From assembly GCA_963733055.1 (NCBI GenBank), contig CAVTBR010000001.1:790925-854924 (forward strand): a stretch of DNA of 64,000 bases. Reading direction: 5' to 3'. The notes under the pieces are model-generated. The model was given only the letters and a program-made list of their open reading frames with translations. It was not told the DNA's origin and ran no database searches. Origin of the DNA: Candidatus Bathyarchaeota archaeon. Its GTDB lineage: Archaea > Thermoproteota > Bathyarchaeia > 40CM-2-53-6. Within the stretch, counting starts at the first letter, position 1. Every line of letters starts with the position of its first letter. Shown here in pieces: positions 1-9,792 of the stretch. The translations under genes and the position numbers were made by a program.

Positions 1-111
1 GGTATCAGCTTTGATATCGACGAACCGAAAGACCTGAAACGGCTCATGAACCAGCGCGTGCGTAACGAGACTGGTCGTTTTCTAAGTGAGATGAGTCACC
101 GATCTCAATAG
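1..111 (+). CDS. 3' end of a gene running off the window; possibly a nucleotidyltransferase (CofC/MobA-like) C-terminus
   Basis: Frame 1 is open from base 1 to TAG at 109-111. It reads GISFDIDEPKDLKRLMNQ..., and a D-I-D-x-P-x-D-L motif is typical of the C-terminus of small guanylyltransferases. The fragment is very short. Confidence 0.3.
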   Translation, partial: GISFDIDEPKDLKRLMNQRVRNETGRFLSEMSHRSQ

Positions 112-171
112 TTGGTAGAAAGGCAGATAGCACCACCATACAAAGCCTAATCGCATCGCGGTGAGGCATGG

Positions 172-1065
172 TTGATCGAAATAACCTTCGGCTTCTTGGT
201 ACTCTGCTTCTTGGCCGCGGTGTTTGCGGGTTTCTTTGGGGGCCTTTTCGGGATCGGGGGCGGAGCCATCATCGTTCCATTTCTAACTGTGTACATGGGT
301 GTGCCGATTCATCAAGCCATAGCGATAAGCCTCGTTGCAGTAATCGCGACCTCGAATGCCGGCGGGTCGTCATATCTGGAACAGAAGATCACGAACATCA
401 AGCTCGCTATGTATCTGGAGGTCGCCACTACCATTGGGGCTCTAGTAGGTAGCGTTATCGCGTTGCTTCTTCAGAGCTGGATACTCTTTGCGATCTTCGG
501 CATATTGTTGTGCTACGTAGCAATCTCTAACTTCAAGTCAAGAACACTGGAAGAGAGTAGGATTGCTAAGAATTCATTTGCCAGCGTGAAACAGGATCGC
601 ATATCGAAATACCTCGGCCTCGCAGGCACCTATTATGACGCTTCACAGAAGAAGCGTGTAGACTACCAAGTCAATGGCTCCGCAGTTGGAGCTGCAGTCT
701 CAAGCTTCGCCGGAGTCACAGCAGGGCTCCTCGGTGTCGGCGGTGGAATCATCAAAGTGGCAGCGATGAATCTCCTCATGAATGTGCCGTTGAAAGCCTC
801 GGTTGCAACAAGCAAATTCATGATAGGCGTAACAGCCGCCGTCGGCGCGTTGATCTTCTTTGTTACAGGATTAGTGAACGTGTACGTCCTCGCACCTGTA
901 GCGCTGGGAATCACGCTAGGCGCCACGTTTGGCACTTCGATTATGAACAGGATTCGTAGCTACGCTCTCAAGGTCGCGTTCGCCGTCTTAGTTACATACC
1001 TGGCGTACACCATGTTCGCGCAGGCACTCGCATCATTTGGAATCATCGTGCCGATGTTAGGGTGA
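172..1065 (+). CDS. TauE/SafE (TSUP, DUF81) family membrane transporter
   Basis: 297-aa polytopic protein. The glycine-rich GGLFGIGGGAIIVP and GLLGVGGGIIKV repeats are typical of TSUP/TauE. Confidence 0.8.
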   Translation: MIEITFGFLVLCFLAAVFAGFFGGLFGIGGGAIIVPFLTVYMGVPIHQAIAISLVAVIATSNAGGSSYLEQKITNIKLAMYLEVATTIGALVGSVIALLLQSWILFAIFGILLCYVAISNFKSRTLEESRIAKNSFASVKQDRISKYLGLAGTYYDASQKKRVDYQVNGSAVGAAVSSFAGVTAGLLGVGGGIIKVAAMNLLMNVPLKASVATSKFMIGVTAAVGALIFFVTGLVNVYVLAPVALGITLGATFGTSIMNRIRSYALKVAFAVLVTYLAYTMFAQALASFGIIVPMLG

Positions 1066-1071
1066 GCCGTC

Positions 1072-1434
1072 GTGGCGGATTTGAATAAGGCAATGTATAC
1101 TGTCCTTGTTGTAGGAATGATTTCAAGTACAGCAATTTACATACTCGGGTTAATCCTGTTCATCTTACAGAACCCTAACCCGATGCAGGCGACGTTGGTA
1201 ACATACGGTAGCGTGAACGATTTTCTTCAGCAAATAATCGCCTTGCGTGCTTCAGCAATTCTAATGGTTGGGACAATCGTGTTGATCGCGACTCCCATTA
1301 CGCGAGTTTTCCTGTCGGTCCTGGTCTTCGCCGCGAATCGTGATCGGAAGTTCGTTCTCGTTACGGGTTCCGTGATGCTGATTATGATTGTCAGCCTCAT
1401 TTTGGGTTACTTCTGGCACCTAAGTATAGGTTAA
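1072..1434 (+). CDS. DUF1634-like small membrane protein, a common partner of TauE genes
   Basis: 120 aa with 3-4 predicted TM helices. GTG start 7 nt after the TauE stop. The adjacency pattern is known for DUF81/DUF1634 pairs. Confidence 0.55.
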   Translation: MADLNKAMYTVLVVGMISSTAIYILGLILFILQNPNPMQATLVTYGSVNDFLQQIIALRASAILMVGTIVLIATPITRVFLSVLVFAANRDRKFVLVTGSVMLIMIVSLILGYFWHLSIG

Positions 1435-1513
1435 TGAAATCAAGAAACCAGAGAGACTTCGGCGTAACAGTGAGGTATTCAGGGCAAAGGAATTTAGAGG
1501 TCTATGGGTCCCG

Positions 1514-2881
1514 TTGAATGGGGTGTTTGATTTACAGAAACCAAAGGAGTCCCACGACAAGGTGCTGGAACTGCTAGAGCAGCACCATAAGTGGTTCTCC
1601 GAGTCGATACCATTGATCGCATCTGAGAACGTTCCCAGCCCGGCGGTGCGCGAAGCAATCGTTTCAGACTTCGCTAATCGTTACGCGGAATAGACCTGGA
1701 CATCTGTCAGATCTACGCAGGGATGGGTCGGGGAACGAGTATACGCCGGATGCGTATACATAGATCAAGTTGAACGAATCTGCATTGACCTAGCCAAAGA
1801 TTTGTTCAAAGCGGAATTCGTCGATGTGAGGCCTGTCTCCGGAGTTTGTGCAAACCTAGTCGTGTACACTACTTTCACGAATCCAGGTGATCGCATGTTG
1901 GCGATGGCCATACCCAACGGCGGACACATTTCCACTGGGAGAAAGGAGTTTAACGGAACCGCGGGCTCCGTTCATGGCCTTGACGTGGAGTATTTCGCGT
2001 TCGACAAGGAGGAGATGAATATTGACATTGACAAGACGAAGGAGAAGATACGGAAAATGGCTGAGGAGGAGCATAAGCCCCCGAAACTTGCGATGTTTGG
2101 TTGCAGCCTCTTCCTTTTCCCGCAACCCATTCGCGAACTCGCTGATACGTTGCATTCGGTTGGGGCAAAAATAGCGTACGATGCTGCACACGTTGCAGGC
2201 CTCATTGCGGGAGGACGTTTTCAGGATCCGCTGAGGGAAGGAGTCGACGCCGTATGCTTGAGTACCCACAAAACCCTCTTCGGACCTCAAGGTGGCGCCG
2301 TACTGTCGTTCGACAAATACGGAGATCAGATAAAGAAAGCGACATTTCCATCGAACACGAGTAACCACCACCTCCATAATTTGGCCGGCAAGGCTGTCGC
2401 TTTTGCGGAGATGCTGGAATTCGGGAAGCAATACGTTGGACAGGTTATCGACAACGCGAAAGCTCTAGGCCAGGCATTACATGAGGCGGGGTTCACTCTG
2501 CTGGGGGAGAGTAAGGGATTCACGGAATCGCACCAAATCGCAGTTGATGTAACGAAATTTACACTCGGAGGCGACGCCGAGAGGGCACTCGAAGCTGCTA
2601 ACATCATCGTGAACCGTCAGCTACTCCCCGGCGACATCAAGGCCGGAAGGCACTATCAGAATCCGGGCGGCATACGCATCGGAACCTCGGAAATAACTCG
2701 GACAGGGATGGGGAAGAACGACATGAGTGAGGTCGCAAGCCTCATCAAAAGGGTAGTAATCAACAAGGAAGACCCAAAGAAGGTCAAACAGGACGTTGCT
2801 GAATTGCGTAAGAACTTCCAGGACGTCCACTACTGCTTCGAAAGCGCGAAGAATGCATACGAATACATCAAAATCCGATAA
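1514..2881 (+). pseudogene. glyA: Serine hydroxymethyltransferase, interrupted by an in-frame TAG (1691-1693) inside a 30-nt insertion
   Basis: One frame reads ...LIASENVPSPAVREAIVSDFANRYAE*TWTSVRSTQGWVGERVYAGC...STHKTLFGPQGG.... The SHMT motifs and PLP-lysine region are present. The start (TTG 1514 or GTG 1523) is uncertain. Confidence 0.8.
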
Positions 2882-2960
2882 CCATCCGGTTCCTGATCCG
2901 ATGAGAATGAAAGTTTAATTGGGCGTCGTCCAAAACCAGCAAGCAGGTATCTAGCAAGCA

Positions 2961-3140
2961 ATGTCAACCGCACGAGAGAAAAGGCGCAAACGAGAATCGC
3001 CAATGCCCGCCGCCAGCGCAGGCTTACTTCGGTTCTTCGAAGAGGAAACCCCGGGAGTAAAGGTAAGGCCCGAGGTCGTAGTCATGGGGTCAATCGGCCT
3101 TGTCGCCGTGAGCCTCTTCATGTATCTGACTTTCAAGTAG
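2961..3140 (+). CDS. secG: Preprotein translocase subunit Sec61-beta (archaeal SecG)
   Basis: 59-aa ORF, below the track cutoff: MSTAREKRRKRESPMPAASAGLLRFFEEETPGVKVRPEVVVMGSIGLVAVSLFMYLTFK. It has a basic N-terminus, the AGL-x-RFF-(D/E)E motif and a single C-terminal TM. The listed antisense ORF 2951..3136 is rejected. Confidence 0.75.
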   Translation: MSTAREKRRKRESPMPAASAGLLRFFEEETPGVKVRPEVVVMGSIGLVAVSLFMYLTFK

Positions 3141-4158
3141 CCCTTCGCGCGAAGTCGGCTAACTTCGTCTGCGCGAGTACAGGTAGCGGCCCAGCCTTAA
3201 TGCCTAGCTTCCTTTCTATCTGGGCTGACAGCAGATCTATGTATCCTGTGAAGATGAACACTGCTTTCGGGTTGACGGCCGCGATAAATTGCATGAGCTG
3301 ATTATAGTCCGCGTGACTACTCAGAGGGAATGCAGTGAAACTGCGAAAAGCTTCGCGTAGGGCCCAACCGGTCGCAACTGCTCTTGAGGCATTGTGCGGC
3401 ACTTGGTTTCGTCGAGTGGTCGTGACGTAGACACATCCTCTCGATTTCAACGCGTGCTTTCCCTCATCGGTCGAAGAATCTAGATAGTCAAGTTGAACGC
3501 CGTTTTCATTGTGAACAAGGTTTGCTGCCGCTATCCCAGGCGCGCATACGACTGGGATTTTGGTGTAGATGTTGAAGAGGCGGACGATGTCTTGTGGTTT
3601 GCCGGATGAGTAGACTTGGAAAGTCGGTAACTTGCCGTCATTAATCTCCGTCATCGTCCATCGTATGATGTCCGCGTATATGGTGTCTCTTTTGGGGAAG
3701 ACGTATGACGGATGCCCATAGGTCGCTTCTATAATCAGAAAATCGCAACGTTCAGCTTTGGCTGCTTTGGTAGTCAGTGTATCCACACAATTGATGTCGC
3801 CCGTATAGAGTGCTGTAAATTCGGGGGTGATCAATTGGAACTGACATGAACCAAGCATGTGACCGGCATCGAGGACCCTGATTTCGGTGTCATCAAATTG
3901 CATTTTCTCACCGATCCGTATGGTCTGATCATTCTTGACCGTGCGTTTTGAAAGTGATTCGTAGATACGAAGGGTCTCGGGTGTGGAGTGTTTTTTCGCG
4001 GAAGTTCCAAAGCCATAGGTATGGTCTGAATGAGCGTGAGTGATGAAGACGTTCCAATCCTCGCCCAACCGCCTGCCTAGAGTCGGATCGAAAAGGAGGC
4101 GGGACGAGCCCGTAGTCATTATTATCCCATTGCTCCACCCGATCGGCTGTTCCTGCAA
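3133..4158 (-). CDS. Metallo-beta-lactamase / beta-CASP family nuclease
   Basis: Contains the HAHSDH motif, DAGHMLGS, LIIEATYG (beta-CASP motif A-like) and SSHADYNQLMQF (motif B/C-like). Confidence 0.75.
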   Translation of the reverse strand: MQEQPIGWSNGIIMTTGSSRLLFDPTLGRRLGEDWNVFITHAHSDHTYGFGTSAKKHSTPETLRIYESLSKRTVKNDQTIRIGEKMQFDDTEIRVLDAGHMLGSCQFQLITPEFTALYTGDINCVDTLTTKAAKAERCDFLIIEATYGHPSYVFPKRDTIYADIIRWTMTEINDGKLPTFQVYSSGKPQDIVRLFNIYTKIPVVCAPGIAAANLVHNENGVQLDYLDSSTDEGKHALKSRGCVYVTTTRRNQVPHNASRAVATGWALREAFRSFTAFPLSSHADYNQLMQFIAAVNPKAVFIFTGYIDLLSAQIERKLGIKAGPLPVLAQTKLADFARRAT

Positions 4159-4190
4159 GTTGATTGCCCCTCAGTTTTGTATCCAAGTTC

Positions 4191-4838
4191 TCAGTGTTGA
4201 GTTACCTCTTGCAACCCCGCATACTGGCCAAACTTAACTGTCCGTAGTTCTCGACTTGTCAACTTGCGCTTTCTAACTCTCCGCGGGCTTGGTGACACGA
4301 TCGCGCTGTTACCGAGGGGATCCTTGATGACAAGTGTGAATCGGGGTTTCGAATCGCGTGCAGTTCGCATTTTCCTCAGCATTGTCTCCCCCTTTCTCAA
4401 GCGTTTACCTTTCGCCGTGCTGAGCATGAATGTTAGGGCGTCTTCTATTTTCGTGAGGAGGCCTTCTACGTTTGAGATGTAACCCTCGCTGTATGGTCCT
4501 GGCGTAATGGTCGCTCCGAATTCCGGGATGCTGATCGTTGCGGTCCCGGACTTGATTACCCGCATGTTCAGGTCGTCGAGAGAATTTATCTTCGCAGTCA
4601 AAGCTATGGCCTCATGATTAGCGAGCGAGATCACATCTGAGCGTCGATAGCCGCATCTTTGGCATATTGCTACACTTAGCAACACAGTCCCGAAATGCTC
4701 TACCTCATATTCTGTTTGGCTAGTGAGCACAGAGGAATTGTCGCAGCTGGGACATTGCTGCGCGTAGTTCGCATTCATTAACGAAGCCAATCGAGGTACA
4801 TATTCGCTCCATATGAAGCTTGAAGGAAGTTGAATCAT
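4191..4838 (-). CDS. ZPR1-type zinc-finger protein
   Basis: CPSC...CQRCGY zinc ribbon followed by a ZPR1-like beta domain (IPEFGATITPG...EGYISNVEGLL). The true start may be the internal Met at ~4778. Confidence 0.65.
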   Translation of the reverse strand: MIQLPSSFIWSEYVPRLASLMNANYAQQCPSCDNSSVLTSQTEYEVEHFGTVLLSVAICQRCGYRRSDVISLANHEAIALTAKINSLDDLNMRVIKSGTATISIPEFGATITPGPYSEGYISNVEGLLTKIEDALTFMLSTAKGKRLRKGETMLRKMRTARDSKPRFTLVIKDPLGNSAIVSPSPRRVRKRKLTSRELRTVKFGQYAGLQEVTQH

Positions 4839-4947
4839 GTGAGTAGATTGGAGAAGAACGATTTAGAAGTCAAATGCCAAATGTTAAAATTAGGTTCTTG
4901 GGCTATCTTCCACACGTAACTAGTCGATTTCTCAGTGGGTGAATTGA

Positions 4948-6798
4948 TTGCAAAAGTTGGGCATTGCAAAGTTACAAGCGGTCGCTATAATTGTGGTCTT
5001 GATAGTCGCAGTCGTGGGCGTAGTCTACTACTATTCCGTGATCAACTCGCCGGGTACAACAACCGGTGCGTCAACTAGTCAACTGCCAACGTCAATGGTA
5101 GTCGAGGAGGAGAGCCAGCCCGATTCGATGGACCCCGCGGTTACCTACACCACGCCTGGATGGGAAATCGTTGAACAAGTCTATCAAGCGTTGTTAGCGC
5201 CGGACGGCACTAGCTACACTACATACATCGGAGTTCTCGCTCAGAATTGGACGGTTTCATCTGACGGAATGACATACACATTCCTTCTCAGACCGGGAGT
5301 GACCTTTAGCAACGGGGACCCATTCAACGCTTATGTCATGTGGTTCTCGATCTACAGGACTCTCCTCATGAATCAGGCACCTGCATTCATTCTTGGCCAA
5401 AATCTGGGTACGACCAACGGTGCGGGTTTCAACATAACCGACAGCGTGCTCAATTCGATAAATTACACTAACCCTTCGCCAAAAGACCTTACCTACTTGA
5501 GTTATGCTAACCAATCGGTTCAAGCCGTTTCACCCAATCAACTTGTAATACACCTCGGATACGGTTACAATGGTAACGTACCGTATTCATCATTTCTCGC
5601 CACCCTGATTACACCAATGGCCATGGCTGTCGACCCCAACGTTGTGGAAGCGAATGGGGACGTGGTTGCAGGCCAGCCGAACAATTACATGGAAACTCAC
5701 GCCTTAGGAACAAGCTTCTACGAGCTACAATCTTGGGTCCAAGGGCAAAGCGTCACCCTGGTCAAGAATCAGAATTATTGGGGAGCGAATGTCCCAGCGT
5801 CTGACAGCAACTATGCAACCCAGCCAGCGATACTCAGCACGATCAGTTTCTACTACAAAGCCGCATCCGCAATGATTGCGGACTTACAATCTAACACGGC
5901 TCAAATGATAATCGCGCCTTCAACCCAATACAATGTTCTGAAGCAGTCCACCGGAATTACCACGACGGTACTGCCCACCATTTTCGGCTCGTCCGCAAGC
6001 GTCCTCGCCGTTTACATGGACAAGTACGCGTTTCCGCCATTTCAAGACGTGCGAGTTAGAGAAGCAGTTTCCTATGCGATTGATTACAAATCCATAATCC
6101 ATTCGGCCTACAATGATTTGGCAACTCAATGGATTGGTCCCGTTCCCCCGGGATTTCCCGAGTACAACCAATCCGTAGCGGGATTACAACCTTACCAGTA
6201 CGACCCAATCATGGCAGCGTCGTTGCTAGCGCAAGCCGGTTACAGATCCACCCTCCCCAACGGCACAACTCTCAACCCCAGTGGGAAGGCCTTTCCCTCC
6301 GTTAACTTCCTATACGACGCCGACAATACGCCTCAAACTCAAACCGCACAAATCATAGCGTCCGAACTGCAGGCAGTCGGCATCACAGTCAACCTTAGCC
6401 CGCTCACATTCAAGCAGTATGCCAACGTAATTTACTCCACCACCGCAAACAGTACCGCCTACCCATTCGGCATAAGCTACTATAGCGAAGACTACACCGC
6501 CGCCATCGACTACGTGACCGACATAACCACATCTGGCCAAGTAGGTTTTTCCGGATTCACCAACGCGACTGTGGCTGGCTGGACCCTATCTGCAGCAACT
6601 GCCCCCGACGAACCGACGATAATTCGAAACTTCCAACAAATAACTCAAGCAATGTATTACGATTACACGGACGTCTGGTTGTTCGTGCCTTACTTCATTA
6701 CCGCTAACAGGAGCAACATCGTTGGGATGATTCCGAACCCTGCCGGTTCGGGCATGAGCTACTTCATGTTTTACAACGGCATACATTACAGCTCATAG
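4948..6798 (+). CDS. ABC transporter substrate-binding protein, family 5 (peptide/nickel, DppA/OppA-like)
   Basis: 616 aa with an N-terminal membrane anchor. SBP_bac_5-like sequence followed by two permease genes. Confidence 0.85.
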   Translation: MQKLGIAKLQAVAIIVVLIVAVVGVVYYYSVINSPGTTTGASTSQLPTSMVVEEESQPDSMDPAVTYTTPGWEIVEQVYQALLAPDGTSYTTYIGVLAQNWTVSSDGMTYTFLLRPGVTFSNGDPFNAYVMWFSIYRTLLMNQAPAFILGQNLGTTNGAGFNITDSVLNSINYTNPSPKDLTYLSYANQSVQAVSPNQLVIHLGYGYNGNVPYSSFLATLITPMAMAVDPNVVEANGDVVAGQPNNYMETHALGTSFYELQSWVQGQSVTLVKNQNYWGANVPASDSNYATQPAILSTISFYYKAASAMIADLQSNTAQMIIAPSTQYNVLKQSTGITTTVLPTIFGSSASVLAVYMDKYAFPPFQDVRVREAVSYAIDYKSIIHSAYNDLATQWIGPVPPGFPEYNQSVAGLQPYQYDPIMAASLLAQAGYRSTLPNGTTLNPSGKAFPSVNFLYDADNTPQTQTAQIIASELQAVGITVNLSPLTFKQYANVIYSTTANSTAYPFGISYYSEDYTAAIDYVTDITTSGQVGFSGFTNATVAGWTLSAATAPDEPTIIRNFQQITQAMYYDYTDVWLFVPYFITANRSNIVGMIPNPAGSGMSYFMFYNGIHYSS

Positions 6799-6811
6799 AT
6801 GACTGGTTCCG

Positions 6812-7855
6812 GTGTACTTCAAAGATTTTCTTCCTGTTCTTGGAAGAAGAATAGTAGGCTCCATACTCGTCTCCATAGGAACAGTAACGATCATTTTCTT
6901 CATCTCGCACATACTCAACCCAGACCCAGCACGGCTATGGGCAGGACCGAGGGCCCGTCCGTCCACGATCCTAGCCGTGACAATGAGATATCACTTGAAT
7001 GAGCCACTGTATTCGCAGTATTACTACTTCATGAGAGACCTATTTACCGGAAACTTCGGCATCGACCCATTAACGGGCCAAACGATTCTCTCTGAAATCC
7101 GATTCTACCTACCAAACACGCTTGAACTGGTGCTATGCTCGTTCATACTCCTCGTAATAGTTGGGGTAGTCTTAGGGTACTTCGCGGGAATGCACTTCAG
7201 CACTCTCGGGGATTCGGTTGCGAGAGTGATCTACCTAGTGTCTTGGTCGACGCCAATGTACTTGGCTGCCATCGTTGCCATCCTTATCTTCGCAAACTAC
7301 ATCCCGATATTTCCATCAGGCGGCATGTATTCATTATCCATCACGCCACCTCAACCCGTTACGGGCATATTCCTAATCGACGCACTTCTTGGACTTAACA
7401 TAGCCGCGTTCCTTTCGGGGCTTCAACATTTGATTCTTCCAGCCGCGGCTCTTGCTTTCGTGAATTTTGGTCTAATCTCCAGAGCCGTTCGATCCTCCAT
7501 TCTAAACGTCAGATGGTCAACGCACGTAAAGACTGCGCGAGCAAAAGGGTTGAGTGAAACCGATGTTAGGCGCAAACACATCCTACGAAATGCTTTGATC
7601 GACGCCACAAGCCTTAGCGCTGTCATTTTCGGTTGGGTCTTAACCAGCACCTTAGTTGTTGAGGAGTTGTTCTCGTGGCCTGGTTTAGGACAATTCGCTT
7701 ACCAGGCAATTTTCAGCAGCGATTATCCTGTCCTCATTCCAATCGTTGTAGTATTCACTCTCGGTGTAATTGTGGCTAACTTCGTCGCGGACGTAGCCTA
7801 CTCACTTCTGGATCCTAGAATCGGAATCGGTGGTCACAACGGCGCAGTCATTTAA
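6812..7855 (+). CDS. ABC transporter permease (DppB/OppB-like)
   Basis: Polytopic protein with an EAA-loop region (ARAKGLSETDVRRKHILRNAL). Confidence 0.85.
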   Translation: MYFKDFLPVLGRRIVGSILVSIGTVTIIFFISHILNPDPARLWAGPRARPSTILAVTMRYHLNEPLYSQYYYFMRDLFTGNFGIDPLTGQTILSEIRFYLPNTLELVLCSFILLVIVGVVLGYFAGMHFSTLGDSVARVIYLVSWSTPMYLAAIVAILIFANYIPIFPSGGMYSLSITPPQPVTGIFLIDALLGLNIAAFLSGLQHLILPAAALAFVNFGLISRAVRSSILNVRWSTHVKTARAKGLSETDVRRKHILRNALIDATSLSAVIFGWVLTSTLVVEELFSWPGLGQFAYQAIFSSDYPVLIPIVVVFTLGVIVANFVADVAYSLLDPRIGIGGHNGAVI

Positions 7856-8786
7856 GTTCAGGCAACTAGTCCTATCAAACCACCTCTCAACGTTTGGATT
7901 AGTTATCGTAATCGTATCTGTGAGCTTGGCTGCGTCTTTCGTGATTTTTGGCGGGCGAATTACTCCTTACAGCCCATATGCGTTGAATCTTCAGGAATCT
8001 AATTTGCCGCCGAGTTTTGCCCATTTCTTTGGGACAGACTTTCAGGGTAGAGATATCTTCTCCCGAGTCATCGCTGCCTTGCCCATCGACTTGGGTTTGC
8101 CAATCGCCATCGTTCTACTCTCCTCTATACTAGGAATTTTCCTCGGTATGGCCGCGGGCTACCTTGGAGGCGTTGTGGACGAGGTCATCATGCGCGTAAC
8201 CGATCTCTTCTTGGCATTTCCGACGATCATAATGGTGTTAGCGGTCGCCGCGACATTAGGAGCGGGCTTAGTTAACGCGATGCTGGCGTTCGTGTTCGTT
8301 TGGTGGCCACCCTACGTTAGGCTAGTGAGGGGAGGCGTGCTGGAGGTGGTTGCAGAAGATTACATCTCCATCTCGAAAGCCTTGAACTCATCGTTCGCCC
8401 ACATCATTCTGAAGGGGATTCTACCAAACATATTGCCTTCCGTCTTAACGTACGCAACCCTCGATATCGGAACTGCTCTGCTCGAAGTATCCATACTGGG
8501 ATTCTTGGGAATTGGAATCCCACCAAACACTCCTGAGCTTGGCATAATGGTCGGCTCCATCAGTTACGGTCTTTACACTTATCCGTGGCAGGCCCTTTTC
8601 CCAGCTTTCGTGACAATGCTTCTCGTTGTTGGCTTCAGCTTCCTAGGCGAAGGGGCAAGAGAGGCTTCCGACGTGAAAGTCAGACCCTACATTCTCTTCG
8701 AAGGAAGAGTATTCGGAAAAGCGCCCCAAATCCTCAAAGAGGAACTAGCAAAGCAAGGGACACCCCAACAGCATGCCTCAGGCTGA
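7830..8786 (+). CDS. ABC transporter permease (DppC/OppC-like)
   Basis: Polytopic. Contains FGTDFQGRDIFSRV, the N-terminal motif typical of OppC/DppC. Overlaps the preceding permease. Confidence 0.85.
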   Translation: MVTTAQSFKFRQLVLSNHLSTFGLVIVIVSVSLAASFVIFGGRITPYSPYALNLQESNLPPSFAHFFGTDFQGRDIFSRVIAALPIDLGLPIAIVLLSSILGIFLGMAAGYLGGVVDEVIMRVTDLFLAFPTIIMVLAVAATLGAGLVNAMLAFVFVWWPPYVRLVRGGVLEVVAEDYISISKALNSSFAHIILKGILPNILPSVLTYATLDIGTALLEVSILGFLGIGIPPNTPELGIMVGSISYGLYTYPWQALFPAFVTMLLVVGFSFLGEGAREASDVKVRPYILFEGRVFGKAPQILKEELAKQGTPQQHASG

Positions 8787-8802
8787 TCCCAGCGTCTACG
8801 CG

Positions 8803-9792
8803 TTAACTGCTCTTATCGAGAAGGAAGCAAGAGGCCAAGTGTTCTGGACCCGAAGCGAACATCGGTGGAGAATTACTGCATCTCTCGAAGACGTGTGGGC
8901 AAACCTTGCTGTACACGCATCCAGTCGGCGATGATCCACGCTCTCCCCCATCTTCTATCTGCCGAAGTTCAGCTCGCCTGACTCCTGGGACGTTCGACAT
9001 CAGCCTCACCGTGAACGGATGTTTAGGATTGGTTACAACGTCGTAGGTCGGTCCCACTTCGAGGAGCTTCCCATAATAGAGGATTCCAAGCGAGTCGCTC
9101 ATGTACTTCATGACGTTGATGTCATGAGTTATGAAGAAGTAGGAGAGATGCAACTTTGACTTCAACTCCTTTAATGTGTTCAAGACTTGTGCCTGTACCG
9201 AGACGTCCAATGAACTCGTGGGTTCGTCGAGCACCAACATTTTTCTTGGTATGGCAATCGCTCTAGCAAGACTTACTCTCTGTTTCTCACCACCACTGAG
9301 CTCCTTCGGATATGCATCCAGGCAGCTCTTTCTCAGACCTACCAAGTCGATGGTCTCTTCGATTCTGCTATCGTAATCTCGTCGGTCGAAGGTTTTCGCG
9401 GCCACTAGGGCCTCCTTTATGATATCTTTCACGCGTAAACGCGGGTTTAGCGAGCCGACCGGATCTTGAAAGACAATTCCGACATTTCGTCTGAGGTAGG
9501 TCACGTCCGCTTTCTTACGGAAGTTTATCTCCTTACCCAGTAACCTTACGGACCCTGCCCTAGGCTTGAACAGGCCAACGAGAACCCAGGCGATTATGGA
9601 TTTGCCGGAACCGGTCTCACCGGCGAGACCAAAGGTTTCGCCCTCCCTTACATTGAAAGTGACATCGTTAACAACGTTCATCATTCCGGATCCTCTCTCG
9701 AACAACAGTAGGCTTCCTCCCCTGAGGATGAAGGAAACGGTGAGGTTGTTTACTTCGACAATGTTGTTCATTTTTTCTCTAGCAACCAGCAT
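8803..9792 (-). CDS. ABC transporter ATP-binding protein (OppF/DppF-like)
   Basis: Walker A GETGSGKS, signature LSGGEKQR, Walker B LVLDEPTS, and a C-terminal oligopeptide-type extension. Confidence 0.9.
   Translation of the reverse strand: MLVAREKMNNIVEVNNLTVSFILRGGSLLLFERGSGMMNVVNDVTFNVREGETFGLAGETGSGKSIIAWVLVGLFKPRAGSVRLLGKEINFRKKADVTYLRRNVGIVFQDPVGSLNPRLRVKDIIKEALVAAKTFDRRDYDSRIEETIDLVGLRKSCLDAYPKELSGGEKQRVSLARAIAIPRKMLVLDEPTSSLDVSVQAQVLNTLKELKSKLHLSYFFITHDINVMKYMSDSLGILYYGKLLEVGPTYDVVTNPKHPFTVRLMSNVPGVRRAELRQIEDGGERGSSPTGCVYSKVCPHVFERCSNSPPMFASGPEHLASCFLLDKSS

Noticed and set aside
1691-1693. TAG in glyA read as pyrrolysine.
   Set aside because: There are no pyl genes or other in-frame TAGs in conserved genes in this window. 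The codon also sits in an inserted segment rather than at a conserved residue.
1680-1730. Bulge-helix-bulge (archaeal splicing endonuclease) intron for the 30-nt glyA insert.
   Set aside because: I could find only 3 of the 4 central-helix pairs and no adjacent outer helices for any of the equivalent junction choices.
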